From assembly GCA_002419295.1 (NCBI GenBank), contig DIFW01000016.1, positions 9,043-68,809 on the forward strand: a DNA stretch of 59,767 bases, in the 5' to 3' direction. Each line of letters begins with the position of its first letter. Position 1 is the first letter of the stretch. Shown piece by piece: positions 29,454 to 37,862 of the stretch. Below the pieces are notes generated by a model, which was not told the origin of the DNA, searched no databases, and worked only from the letters and a program-made list of their open reading frames with translations. This stretch comes from Patescibacteria group bacterium UBA5738 (GTDB taxonomy: Bacteria > Patescibacteriota > Minisyncoccia > Minisyncoccales > UBA5738). A program made the translations under genes and the position numbers.

Positions 29454-31058
29454 ATGTTATCAACGAACGATTTAAAAGTTAAATTTCTTGGTATTACTCC
29501 AGTCTTCGAAGATGAGACCGGGGTTTTGACGCCCCAGCAGATAGTGGCGCTTTCCGGGCTTTTGACTTACAGCGGCAAATCGATCGACGCGATTTTGAAG
29601 GAAACGCAGGCCGGCGGCAAGGATTTGAACAAAAAGATCGCGGCGGTTTTGCGGGCATCGTCGCTGAAAGGCCATGCGTCAATGGCGACTACGCCGGTGT
29701 TTTCGTTTTCTTACGAAGCCAGCAAATTCATCGATTCGGGATTGACCGGAATGATCTTTGCTTCGGCCATCATGGCTTCGGGCCGCCGCACCGACACGAC
29801 CAATGACGATATTGTTTATCCCGCGGCGATTCAAAAAATGGGCGAAGCCGCGGAGTTATACAAAAACGCTTCGGAAAAAAATATCGAAGTTTTGAACCAT
29901 TTGCTCGCCAACGGCGTGAGCAAGGACGAAGCCAGCAAGATTCTGCAATACGGAATTTACGGCACCGGCATTATTCAGTTTCCGATTGAGTCTTTGGTAA
30001 CGCTGAAAAGAGAATACGAAGCCGAAAAGGAATGGATGCCCGAAGACATCGGATTTTTGATCAACGCGGTCGAGAAGAAACTCAAGGATTATGGCGTTGA
30101 TTTGCTTTACGCCACGCGCGTCGCCGCGCCGAGGAACACCTATCCTTACCCGAATATCTTTAAGGATCCGGCGCCAACCAATTTCGCGCGCGAAATTGCC
30201 GCGCAAAACGCCGGCGGGGAAAATTTCAAATTGCTCTCGGGCGATTTCGCGGTGACGGATGGATTGAAAAAGAGACTGCAAAAATTGGAAAGCGACATCA
30301 AAGCCGCCGCCGGGGACAAAAAGACCATTAAAAACAAATGGATGGAATTGCTGGAAGAACGCCAGCGGATCGCGCGGGATTATCCTTTGTCGGCAAACAT
30401 CAAAATTTTTTCATCGGTGGCGTGGCGCGTGTGGGGCGATAAAAAACGGCATCGCACGGTGCCGATGGCGGTTGATTCGGTTTATTATTCCGCGCTCAAG
30501 GCGGCCCGGGTTTTAACCGGTTTTAAAAACGAGATCGAGAAAAAAAATCTTACGCACGCGGCGATTGACAAGATCGACGCGGTGTTCTCGATGCCGCCGG
30601 GCGTGCGCGAGGACAACGAATTTCTGTATCAATATCTGCAAGCGGGCCTTAATTCACTGGAGGTTTATGAAAAACTCGTTGGTTTGGGAATAAAGGAAAA
30701 AGACGCGATATTCGTAGTGCCGCGGGGATTGAAATTTGATGTGGTTTCGGATTACAATCTTTACAATCTGATCGCCGGATATTATCCTTTGCGGATATGT
30801 TCCACCGCCGAGGAAGAATTGCGCCGGGTGAGCATCAAGGAAGTCGTTGCCATAAAAAGTTTGTTGCAGCAAAAAGGTTTTGATTGGCTGGCTTGGCACA
30901 TAACTCCCAAGTGCCAGTGCGCGGGCTTTTGTTTGGAGCAAAATTGTTGCGGCACGATCAAGAGTCTGGTCAAGGATTACGACGAGGTATTGCATAAAGA
31001 GATACACGATGATTTGGAAAGCAAGTTTGGGCGGATTTTGAATGATTTAAGCGCGTGA
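29454..31058 (+). CDS. thyX: FAD-dependent thymidylate synthase ThyX, long (fused two-lobe) form
   Basis: The ThyX signature RHR-x7-S (RHRTVPMAVDS) is in the C-terminal half. The N-terminal half has a degenerate GHASMATTPVFSFSYEASKF segment resembling GHGSVLEH..F.F.IEG.SR. The gene is flanked by dcd and tmk. Confidence 0.7.
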   Translation: MLSTNDLKVKFLGITPVFEDETGVLTPQQIVALSGLLTYSGKSIDAILKETQAGGKDLNKKIAAVLRASSLKGHASMATTPVFSFSYEASKFIDSGLTGMIFASAIMASGRRTDTTNDDIVYPAAIQKMGEAAELYKNASEKNIEVLNHLLANGVSKDEASKILQYGIYGTGIIQFPIESLVTLKREYEAEKEWMPEDIGFLINAVEKKLKDYGVDLLYATRVAAPRNTYPYPNIFKDPAPTNFAREIAAQNAGGENFKLLSGDFAVTDGLKKRLQKLESDIKAAAGDKKTIKNKWMELLEERQRIARDYPLSANIKIFSSVAWRVWGDKKRHRTVPMAVDSVYYSALKAARVLTGFKNEIEKKNLTHAAIDKIDAVFSMPPGVREDNEFLYQYLQAGLNSLEVYEKLVGLGIKEKDAIFVVPRGLKFDVVSDYNLYNLIAGYYPLRICSTAEEELRRVSIKEVVAIKSLLQQKGFDWLAWHITPKCQCAGFCLEQNCCGTIKSLVKDYDEVLHKEIHDDLESKFGRILNDLSA

Positions 31059-31107
31059 GTTGAATATTTTTTGAAAATTGAAAATTGTTTATTGAATATT
31101 ATTATCA

Positions 31108-31716
31108 ATGGTCAAGAATTCTTTTCGGGGAAAATTCATCGTGATTGAGGGGTTGGACGGCGCGGGCAAATCAACGCAGGTGCCGCTGATTTTGGATTAT
31201 TTTAGCGCCCGAGGGGAGAAATCTTTGGCGATCGCCGAGCCGAGCGAATTGCCGGTCGGCAGATTGTTGCGGCAACGGCTGTTGTGCGAATGGAATTGCG
31301 GCAATGAGCCTCTTCAATTACTTTTTGCCGCCGATCGGGCCGACCATTTGGCAAAAGAAATCCTGCCGGCGCTGGCGCGCGGCGAGAATGTCATCAGCGA
31401 TCGCTATTTTTTGTCGTCGCTGGCCTATGGCGCGGTTGATTCCGATATGAAGTGGCTGGCACAGGTAAACGCGCGTTTTTTGGCGCCCGATCTTACGATA
31501 TATCTTGATGTGCCGCCATCGGTTTGCGCGCGGCGGATCGCGGCCAACGGAAAATCAATGGAATTATTCGAAAAAATTGATATTTTGGAAAAAGTGGCGC
31601 ATAATTACCAAATGGCGCTCCGGATGTTTGAAAACAATATGAGGATAATCGTTGTTGACGGCAACAAAAGCCCGGAAGATGTTTTCGGCGAAATTGTGAA
31701 GCGGTTTAGTTTTTAA
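31108..31716 (+). CDS. tmk: Thymidylate (dTMP) kinase
   Basis: The P-loop GKFIVIEGLDGAGKSTQ and DRYFLSSLAYG are present. Confidence 0.9.
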   Translation: MVKNSFRGKFIVIEGLDGAGKSTQVPLILDYFSARGEKSLAIAEPSELPVGRLLRQRLLCEWNCGNEPLQLLFAADRADHLAKEILPALARGENVISDRYFLSSLAYGAVDSDMKWLAQVNARFLAPDLTIYLDVPPSVCARRIAANGKSMELFEKIDILEKVAHNYQMALRMFENNMRIIVVDGNKSPEDVFGEIVKRFSF

Positions 31717-31730
31717 TTTTTTAAAAAAAT

Positions 31731-32399
31731 ATGGCAAAAGCGATAAAAAAACTGCCCATTGCGTTGCGGATCGATCAAACCAATATTGATTCCAAAGCCA
31801 CTTTGTCGGACATCAAAAAAACTTGCGCGGAAGTGAAAAAATACGGCTTTCGCGGAATCTGCGTCAATCCGCAGTGGGTCGCCGCGGCCAAAGCCGAATT
31901 GGGCGATTTTCCCGCCAAAGTGATTTGCTTGGTGGACGCGCCGATCGGCGACAGCAGTCATGAGGAAAGGATGCAGATTTGCCTTACTGCCAAAAACAAC
32001 GGCGCCGACGAACTGGACGCGGTGGCCGCGCTTCCCGACATCAAGCACGAGCGTTGGCAAGAGGTTTATAAAGATTTGGCGGCGATTTGCAAAATTTTGC
32101 CGACCAAAGTGATTATCGGTTCGGGCTATTTGACCGATAAAGAGATTGCCATGGTGTCGCGTTTGGTTAAGCAAGCCGGCGCGATTTGCGTGAAGACCGC
32201 TACTTCAAAGGATCCGCTGGAAGAGCGCGAACTCAAGGAAAAAGCATGGCATCTGGAAATTATGAAAAAAAACGCGCCGGGCTTGTTAATTAAAGCATCC
32301 GGCAATATAAAGGATGCAAAGGAGGCGAAAGCCTATGTCCGCGCCGGAGCCGATATTATCGGTACATCAAGCGGACCGAAGATCGCGAAAAGCGAATGA
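31731..32399 (+). CDS. deoC: Deoxyribose-phosphate aldolase-like (DeoC/LacD family)
   Basis: IDQTNIDSKATLSDIKK, ICVNPQWV, KVIIGSGYLTDKEI and the Schiff-base Lys context ICVKTATS are present. Confidence 0.75.
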   Translation: MAKAIKKLPIALRIDQTNIDSKATLSDIKKTCAEVKKYGFRGICVNPQWVAAAKAELGDFPAKVICLVDAPIGDSSHEERMQICLTAKNNGADELDAVAALPDIKHERWQEVYKDLAAICKILPTKVIIGSGYLTDKEIAMVSRLVKQAGAICVKTATSKDPLEERELKEKAWHLEIMKKNAPGLLIKASGNIKDAKEAKAYVRAGADIIGTSSGPKIAKSE

Positions 32400-32405
32400 T
32401 GCGCC

Positions 32406-32550
32406 AATGTAAAATTGAAAAATCAAAATGGAAAATGACAATGCAAAATTAAGAAATGTCAGAATGTGACATTTTAACATTTTTCCGCCAAAGGACGGAT
32501 GCGCCTATGGCGTAAACTGTCATTTTGATTTTTGATATTTACATTTTAAA
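32406..32550. repeat. Compound AT-rich inverted repeat of about 145 nt between deoC and gatB
   Basis: The outer arms are aatgtaaa..aaaaatcaaaat..gaca and tgtc attttgattttt..tttacatt. The inner hairpin is aaatgtca-gaatg-tgacattt (about 32453-73). Confidence 0.7.
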
Positions 32551-32552
32551 TT

Positions 32553-34061
32553 ATGGAGTATATTCCCACAATTGGATTGGAAATTCATTGCGAACTTAAA
32601 ACCGCGTCCAAGATGTTTTGTTCGTGCCCTAATGACCCGGACGCCAAAGAACCGAATACAAACATTTGTCCGGTGTGTTTGGGACATCCGGGAACATTGC
32701 CGGTGGCCAATGCCGAGGCGATTCGTCTCACGCGTTTGGTTGGGCTGGCGCTAAATTCCGAGATATTGGAACATTCCAAATTCGACCGTAAAAATTATTT
32801 CTATCCGGACTTGCCCAAAGGTTATCAAATTTCACAATATGACCGGCCGCTTTGTTTGGGCGGCTGTTTGGAGGTTAATGACAACGGGCAAATTAAAAAA
32901 ATCGGTATTACCCGCGTGCATTTGGAAGAAGATACCGGGAAATTGATGCACACCGAGAATAAAGATCATTCGCTGGTGGATTTCAACCGCGGCGGTGTGC
33001 CGCTGATGGAATTGGTGACCGATCCCGACATTGAAAATTCCAATCAGGCGCGGGAATTTGTCAAGGAATTGCAATTGATTTTGCGCTATTTGGGAGCGTC
33101 GGACGCGGATATGGAAAAAGGCCAATTGCGGGTGGAAGTAAATATCAGCATGGGCAAAATCGGGGCGGGGGGCAAAAAACAGCTGGGCACCAAAGTTGAG
33201 ATCAAAAATTTGAATTCCCTCAAGGCGGTTGAAGGTTCGGTAGCTTATGAGATCGGGCGGCAGACGGTAATGATCAAGAACGGTCAAAAAGTGGCGCAGG
33301 AAACTCGCGGATGGAATGAATTTACCGGCCAAACTTTTTCTCAGCGCGAAAAGGAGGAAGCCAACGACTATCGTTATTTTCCCGAACCCGATATTCCGCC
33401 ATTAACCATTACCCCCGAAGAAATTAAGAAATTAAAATCAATCGTGGGAGAACTTCCGGCAAAGAAAAGAATCCGGTTTGCCCATCAATATAGGCTTGAC
33501 GCGCCAACCGCCGAAATTTTTGTTGCCAATCGCGATCTGGGCGAATATTTTGAAAAAGCCGTTAGCGAATTGGAAGAATGGGCCAACAACGAAGAAGGCG
33601 ACAAGAGTAATACTGAAGCGGAAAGCCGCGATTTGGCGCGTTTGTGCGCCAATTATTTGGCCACCGATGTTTTGGGGATTTTACAGAGCGCGCCGTTTCG
33701 CGAGGACAATTTTCCCGCGACGCCGGAAAATTTCGCGGAATTCATTTGTTTGATCCATAAAAAAGAAATTTCATCTAAAATCGCCAAACAAGTTCTGGCG
33801 CAAATGGCAAAATTTGGCGGCGACCCCACGCAAATTATCCGCGATAAAGGATTGAGCCAGATCTCAAGCAAGGGCGAGATCGGTAAGGTTGTCATTCAAG
33901 TTTTGGCCGAAAACGAAAAAGCTGCCGCGGACTGGCGCGCCGGCAAGCAAAACGCGTTCCAGTTTTTAATCGGGCAGGTCTTGGCGGCCACGCGGGGGCG
34001 CGCCAATCCCGATATGGTTAAAGACATTTTGCTGGAAAAACTTTCCGAATCAAAATCATAG
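32553..34061 (+). CDS. gatB: Asp-tRNA(Asn)/Glu-tRNA(Gln) amidotransferase subunit B
   Basis: IGLEIHCELKT.SKMFC, CPVCLGHPGTLP, NYFYPDLPKGYQISQ and the C-terminal YqeY-like domain are present. Confidence 0.95.
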   Translation: MEYIPTIGLEIHCELKTASKMFCSCPNDPDAKEPNTNICPVCLGHPGTLPVANAEAIRLTRLVGLALNSEILEHSKFDRKNYFYPDLPKGYQISQYDRPLCLGGCLEVNDNGQIKKIGITRVHLEEDTGKLMHTENKDHSLVDFNRGGVPLMELVTDPDIENSNQAREFVKELQLILRYLGASDADMEKGQLRVEVNISMGKIGAGGKKQLGTKVEIKNLNSLKAVEGSVAYEIGRQTVMIKNGQKVAQETRGWNEFTGQTFSQREKEEANDYRYFPEPDIPPLTITPEEIKKLKSIVGELPAKKRIRFAHQYRLDAPTAEIFVANRDLGEYFEKAVSELEEWANNEEGDKSNTEAESRDLARLCANYLATDVLGILQSAPFREDNFPATPENFAEFICLIHKKEISSKIAKQVLAQMAKFGGDPTQIIRDKGLSQISSKGEIGKVVIQVLAENEKAAADWRAGKQNAFQFLIGQVLAATRGRANPDMVKDILLEKLSESKS

Positions 34062-34111
34062 GCCTTGCGAATTCAGCCAACGGGCGCGGATTGGAACGGA
34101 ATTTCAAGGGT

Positions 34112-35035
34112 CTATCTCCCGTTAACGCGATGGTTAGACTCTTGAAATGCGGACAGATATTTTTGGGTTGATTTTATCGCTTGCGACGATGTTTTGATCC
34201 AACGCGCCCGCGGATCTTTTTTAAACCAAGTCATTTGGCGTTTGGCATATTGCCAGTCTTCTTTTTTGATGGTTTCAATCATTTGTTCGCGGGTGGTTTT
34301 TTTTTGCAAAAATCGGGCGGTGGCGCGGTATTCCAATCCCAATTCTTCCAATTTTTGCCAAGACAAGCCGGATTTTTTGAGGCGCGCGGTTTCGGCAACC
34401 ATGCCGGCCCGTATCCGTTTTTCGGTCCGCCTTTCGATTAATTTCTTCAATTCTTTCTCGCTTTTTTTGATTCCCAAAACCAATATCGGATAAGGCAACG
34501 GTTCTTTTTTTAATTTTGGCACGGGTTTGCCGGTGGATTTGACAATTTCAATGGCGCGGATGAGCCGCCGCGGATTTTTACTTTCAATGTTTTTGGCGCG
34601 ATTCGGATCAAGTTTTTTTAATATTGCGAAAAGTTTGTCCGCGGAAAATTTTTCCAGCTTTCGGCGCAATTTCCAATCCGGCTTGACCTGCGGGATGATG
34701 ATGCCGTCGATTACCGCTTGTATATAAAAACCAGTGCCGCCGCAAAGGATCGGGATTTTGCCGGCTTTTTGCGTTTTTTTGATGGCCGACATTGCCAATT
34801 TGCGATAACGGGTGACGGTGAAAACCGACTTGGGATTGGCGACGCTCAAAAGATGGTGCGGCACGCCTTTCATTTCCGATTTCTTAATCTTGCCTGAACC
34901 GATGTCCATACCCTTATAAACCTGGCGCGAATCAGCCGAAATCACTTCGCCCCCAAACCGCAGAGCGATTCTGACCGCGATATCGGACTTTCCGGAAGCG
35001 TTTGGGCCGACAATCACAATTAATTTATTTTCCAT
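34112..35035 (-). CDS. miaA: tRNA dimethylallyltransferase
   Basis: The P-loop IVGPNASGKS, SADSRQVYKGMDIGSGK and HHLL are present. Confidence 0.93.
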   Translation of the reverse strand: MENKLIVIVGPNASGKSDIAVRIALRFGGEVISADSRQVYKGMDIGSGKIKKSEMKGVPHHLLSVANPKSVFTVTRYRKLAMSAIKKTQKAGKIPILCGGTGFYIQAVIDGIIIPQVKPDWKLRRKLEKFSADKLFAILKKLDPNRAKNIESKNPRRLIRAIEIVKSTGKPVPKLKKEPLPYPILVLGIKKSEKELKKLIERRTEKRIRAGMVAETARLKKSGLSWQKLEELGLEYRATARFLQKKTTREQMIETIKKEDWQYAKRQMTWFKKDPRARWIKTSSQAIKSTQKYLSAFQESNHRVNGR

Positions 35036-35036
35036 T

Positions 35037-36359
35037 TTATCTAATCATTTTTCCTTCAAGTCCGAAAGGCATTGCTTTAAGGATTTTTACTTTTACAATA
35101 TCACCGGGTCCGATGGTGTTTTTTTCGATTGGAAACTTAACAGTTTTATAATGCCGGGATTTTCCTGCCGCGCGATTTTTTTTAACGCTATTGATCAAAA
35201 CATCAACGGATTTGCCGATGTACTTTTTATTATGCGCCAAAGCGGTGGTTTTCACAATATCGTTGAGAATTGTTTCGCGCTGTTTTTTTTCTTGGTTGGC
35301 GATATCATCTTCAAGCAATGCCGCCGCGGTGCCGGCGCGCCGCGAGTAGCGCGAAATATAGGCCATATCATATTTGACTTCTTTTAGAATTTTAGCGGTG
35401 TTTTGGAATTGAGTTTTGGTTTCGCCGGGGAATCCCACGATCACATCGGTGGAAATGGCGATTTCTTTTTCCAAACCGGTGCGATATTTTTTAAACGCCG
35501 CGCGGATTTTTTTGACCAGCGATTTGTATCCGGCCACTGTATATGGCCGTTTCATTGCTTTCAATATCGCATTATCGCCGCTTTGAATCGGAAGATGAAG
35601 GTAGGGTGTCGCTTTTTGGCATTTAGACATTGCCAGAATCGCTTCGTTGTCAAAATCTTTTGGATGCGGTGAAGTGAAGCGAATCCAAAATCCTCCGGGA
35701 ATATCGTTGGCTGCGCGCAATAATTCGGCAAAACCAATATTCTTGTAATGGTAATTATTGACATTTTGCCCCAACAGCCAAATTTCTTTGGCGCCGTTTT
35801 TCACGGCCGATTTGATTTCGGCCAAAATGTCTTCGGCCGGTCGGGACGCCAGCGGGCCGCGCGTGTAGGGAACTACGCAATATGAGCAATAATTGTCGCA
35901 TCCCTTGGAAATCGGAATCAGCGCGCTGAATTTTGAAGTTTGCCGGGGAGGAACGGTAAAATAGTCGCGAAGGTCTAACCTTCGCGACCTTACGAAGGTT
36001 AGACCTTCGCGGGGCTTACCGTATGCCAGATGTAAAATTTTTGGCCACTGGGGAAGGGTTTTAATGTCTAAAATATGATCAAAAAATCCGGCAAAACGGG
36101 ATTTATCGCTTTCCACCACGCAACCGGTTAAAATCGCGGTAAATTTTTTGTTTTTCTTTTTGGCCGACTTGATTTTTTGCTCCAATCCGAAAACGCGGTC
36201 CGCGGCCATTTGCCGCACCGAACACATTGCCACAATCGCAATATCGGCATTTTTCATTTTATCTGTCGGCTTTAAGTTAAAAGATTCAAATAAGCCGGCA
36301 ATCCGTTCGGCATCGGATGCATTCATTTGGCAACCAAAAATTTGAATGTAATAATTCAT
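35037..36359 (-). CDS. miaB: tRNA-i6A37 methylthiotransferase (MiaB-type radical SAM MTTase)
   Basis: The N-terminal MTTase motif is IQIFGCQMN and the radical SAM motif is KGCDNYCSYCVVPYTRG. A TRAM-like C-terminus is present. The gene lies 1 nt upstream of miaA. Confidence 0.9.
   Translation of the reverse strand: MNYYIQIFGCQMNASDAERIAGLFESFNLKPTDKMKNADIAIVAMCSVRQMAADRVFGLEQKIKSAKKKNKKFTAILTGCVVESDKSRFAGFFDHILDIKTLPQWPKILHLAYGKPREGLTFVRSRRLDLRDYFTVPPRQTSKFSALIPISKGCDNYCSYCVVPYTRGPLASRPAEDILAEIKSAVKNGAKEIWLLGQNVNNYHYKNIGFAELLRAANDIPGGFWIRFTSPHPKDFDNEAILAMSKCQKATPYLHLPIQSGDNAILKAMKRPYTVAGYKSLVKKIRAAFKKYRTGLEKEIAISTDVIVGFPGETKTQFQNTAKILKEVKYDMAYISRYSRRAGTAAALLEDDIANQEKKQRETILNDIVKTTALAHNKKYIGKSVDVLINSVKKNRAAGKSRHYKTVKFPIEKNTIGPGDIVKVKILKAMPFGLEGKMIR
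35964..36010. repeat. Two inverted copies of the REP-like CGAAGG-N5-CCTTCG hairpin inside the miaB coding sequence
   Basis: gtcgcgaaggtctaaccttcgcgac (35964-88) and cgaaggttagaccttcg (35993-36009) are translated as ...REGLTFVRSRRLDLRD... Confidence 0.85.
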
Positions 36360-36400
36360 GGCAGAAAATTCAATTATTCACTCTAACAAAATTTACCCAA

Positions 36401-36427
36401 ATTTAAAACCCCACCTTCCGGCGGGGC
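36401..36427 (-). terminator. Intrinsic terminator of the Cys-rich protein gene
   Basis: On the minus strand, CCCCGCC-ggaa-GGTGGGG is followed by TTTTAAATTT. Confidence 0.5.
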
Positions 36428-36481
36428 TTTATGAAGAATAGCAAAACAATGTTTTTTATTAATGGCTTACTGTGCAACAAT

Positions 36482-37753
36482 TCACATTTGCACCGCGGGT
36501 AGGCCATTGCTACCCGAGCAACAGCATGCTTTGTAAGTACCATCGGGCAAACCGAACATATTGCATTCTTTTGCGGAAGGGCCGTTGCTGGTTTCGCCAC
36601 TAAGGCAACCGCGTACAGTTGATTCTCTTGTCCAAGAACGGCATGTTCCTCCGTTGGCATAGCCTGCATCAGCACATCCCTGCTGGCAGGTTTTTCCGCA
36701 ATCGGTGATACAATTGCCCGCGGTTTCGCCGGTTTCACAGGCACCGTTGCCGCAGATCGGGTAAATTGTTCCGCCGCAACAGCAAGTCTGCCCGGCATCC
36801 AACATATTATTGCCGTTGCAGTCATTGGTTTCTCCTGCATTGATCCAAGATCCGCCACAAGCGGATGGAACATCGCTTCCGTGCTCAAGAAGTCCTCCTC
36901 CAGAACTGCCGCAATAACTGCCTGAATATCCTTTGTTTTTGCAAGTTTGATTACAGGCTGGTGTTGTTATTTCCGTCTGCATTCTTTGGCAGGTGTAATT
37001 CGGGTTATTGGGACAAGACGCGCCAATTTGGCAGGCTTGTTGCCCATTACTCAGAACCTTTTCCAGGCCGGAACAGCATTGTTTGGCGGTGCCGGTAAAT
37101 ATCATACCTTCGGTGACGCATGCATTGGCGCAATTACAAGTGCAGGTATTGATGCAGGCGCTTCCCGGGGTATGCGAAGCATAGCTGCAAGCGGTGCAAA
37201 GCAACTCGCCTCCGGACGAGGCGCAGCTATTTTTACTTGCGGCGGTCAGATTTGTTTTTCCGCAAATCGAAGTTGTGCCGCAGTCCGCCGGGGAATTGCA
37301 GATATTTTCGCGCGCGCCACAAATTCCGTCGTCTTTTTTAATGCATACCCGAAAGCCGCCGGGCGGAGTTATGCAAGAGCCATTAGACAACGATCCATGA
37401 GCTGCAGATAAACCAGGGCAACATTCTTTATTGCTCCTCGGAGATATCGTCTCGCTCTCATTGGCGCAGACAATAGCGCCGCAATTCGCCGCGCAGGTGG
37501 CCGCGGTTTCGCCGAAGCGGCAGATGCCGTTGCCGCAGGTTTCCTGCGGTTTTAATTGCGCGATCAGCTGGGTTATTTGCTGGATCTGCTGCATTAAGCT
37601 TTGTATCATTTGCTGCATTTGGTCGATGGTCATCGTCGCGGGATTTATTGATCCGGGCGTGGCGAGTGCGTTGTTGCCGCCAACTCCGAAGATTCCGACT
37701 CCCGCGATCAGCGCGCACAACGCCGCCGCCGCAATTTTGTTTTTTAGATTCAT
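36482..37753 (-). CDS. Secreted cysteine-rich protein (about 47 Cys in 423 aa by hand count)
   Basis: It has a signal peptide and a Gln-rich helix (MQQMIQSLMQQIQQITQLIAQL). Two CGNG(I/A)C(R/E)xGETAxxCxxxCG modules and many CxC/CC/CCC clusters follow. Confidence 0.7.
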   Translation of the reverse strand: MNLKNKIAAAALCALIAGVGIFGVGGNNALATPGSINPATMTIDQMQQMIQSLMQQIQQITQLIAQLKPQETCGNGICRFGETAATCAANCGAIVCANESETISPRSNKECCPGLSAAHGSLSNGSCITPPGGFRVCIKKDDGICGARENICNSPADCGTTSICGKTNLTAASKNSCASSGGELLCTACSYASHTPGSACINTCTCNCANACVTEGMIFTGTAKQCCSGLEKVLSNGQQACQIGASCPNNPNYTCQRMQTEITTPACNQTCKNKGYSGSYCGSSGGGLLEHGSDVPSACGGSWINAGETNDCNGNNMLDAGQTCCCGGTIYPICGNGACETGETAGNCITDCGKTCQQGCADAGYANGGTCRSWTRESTVRGCLSGETSNGPSAKECNMFGLPDGTYKACCCSGSNGLPAVQM

Positions 37754-37862
37754 ATTTGTTTGTTTTTAAAGTTTGTTTGCGTTTTGATAATAATTTTTTT
37801 GTTCGACCTGCCGATTAAAATTATTTTGCAATTACAAATTTATTATACATGGCGTCTTGTTT

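Noticed and set aside
36403-36888. 161-aa minus-strand ORF overlapping the 3' part of the Cys-rich gene in another frame
   Set aside because: The 423-aa frame has a signal peptide and repeated CGNGxC modules. The alternative frame has no start context or recognisable features.
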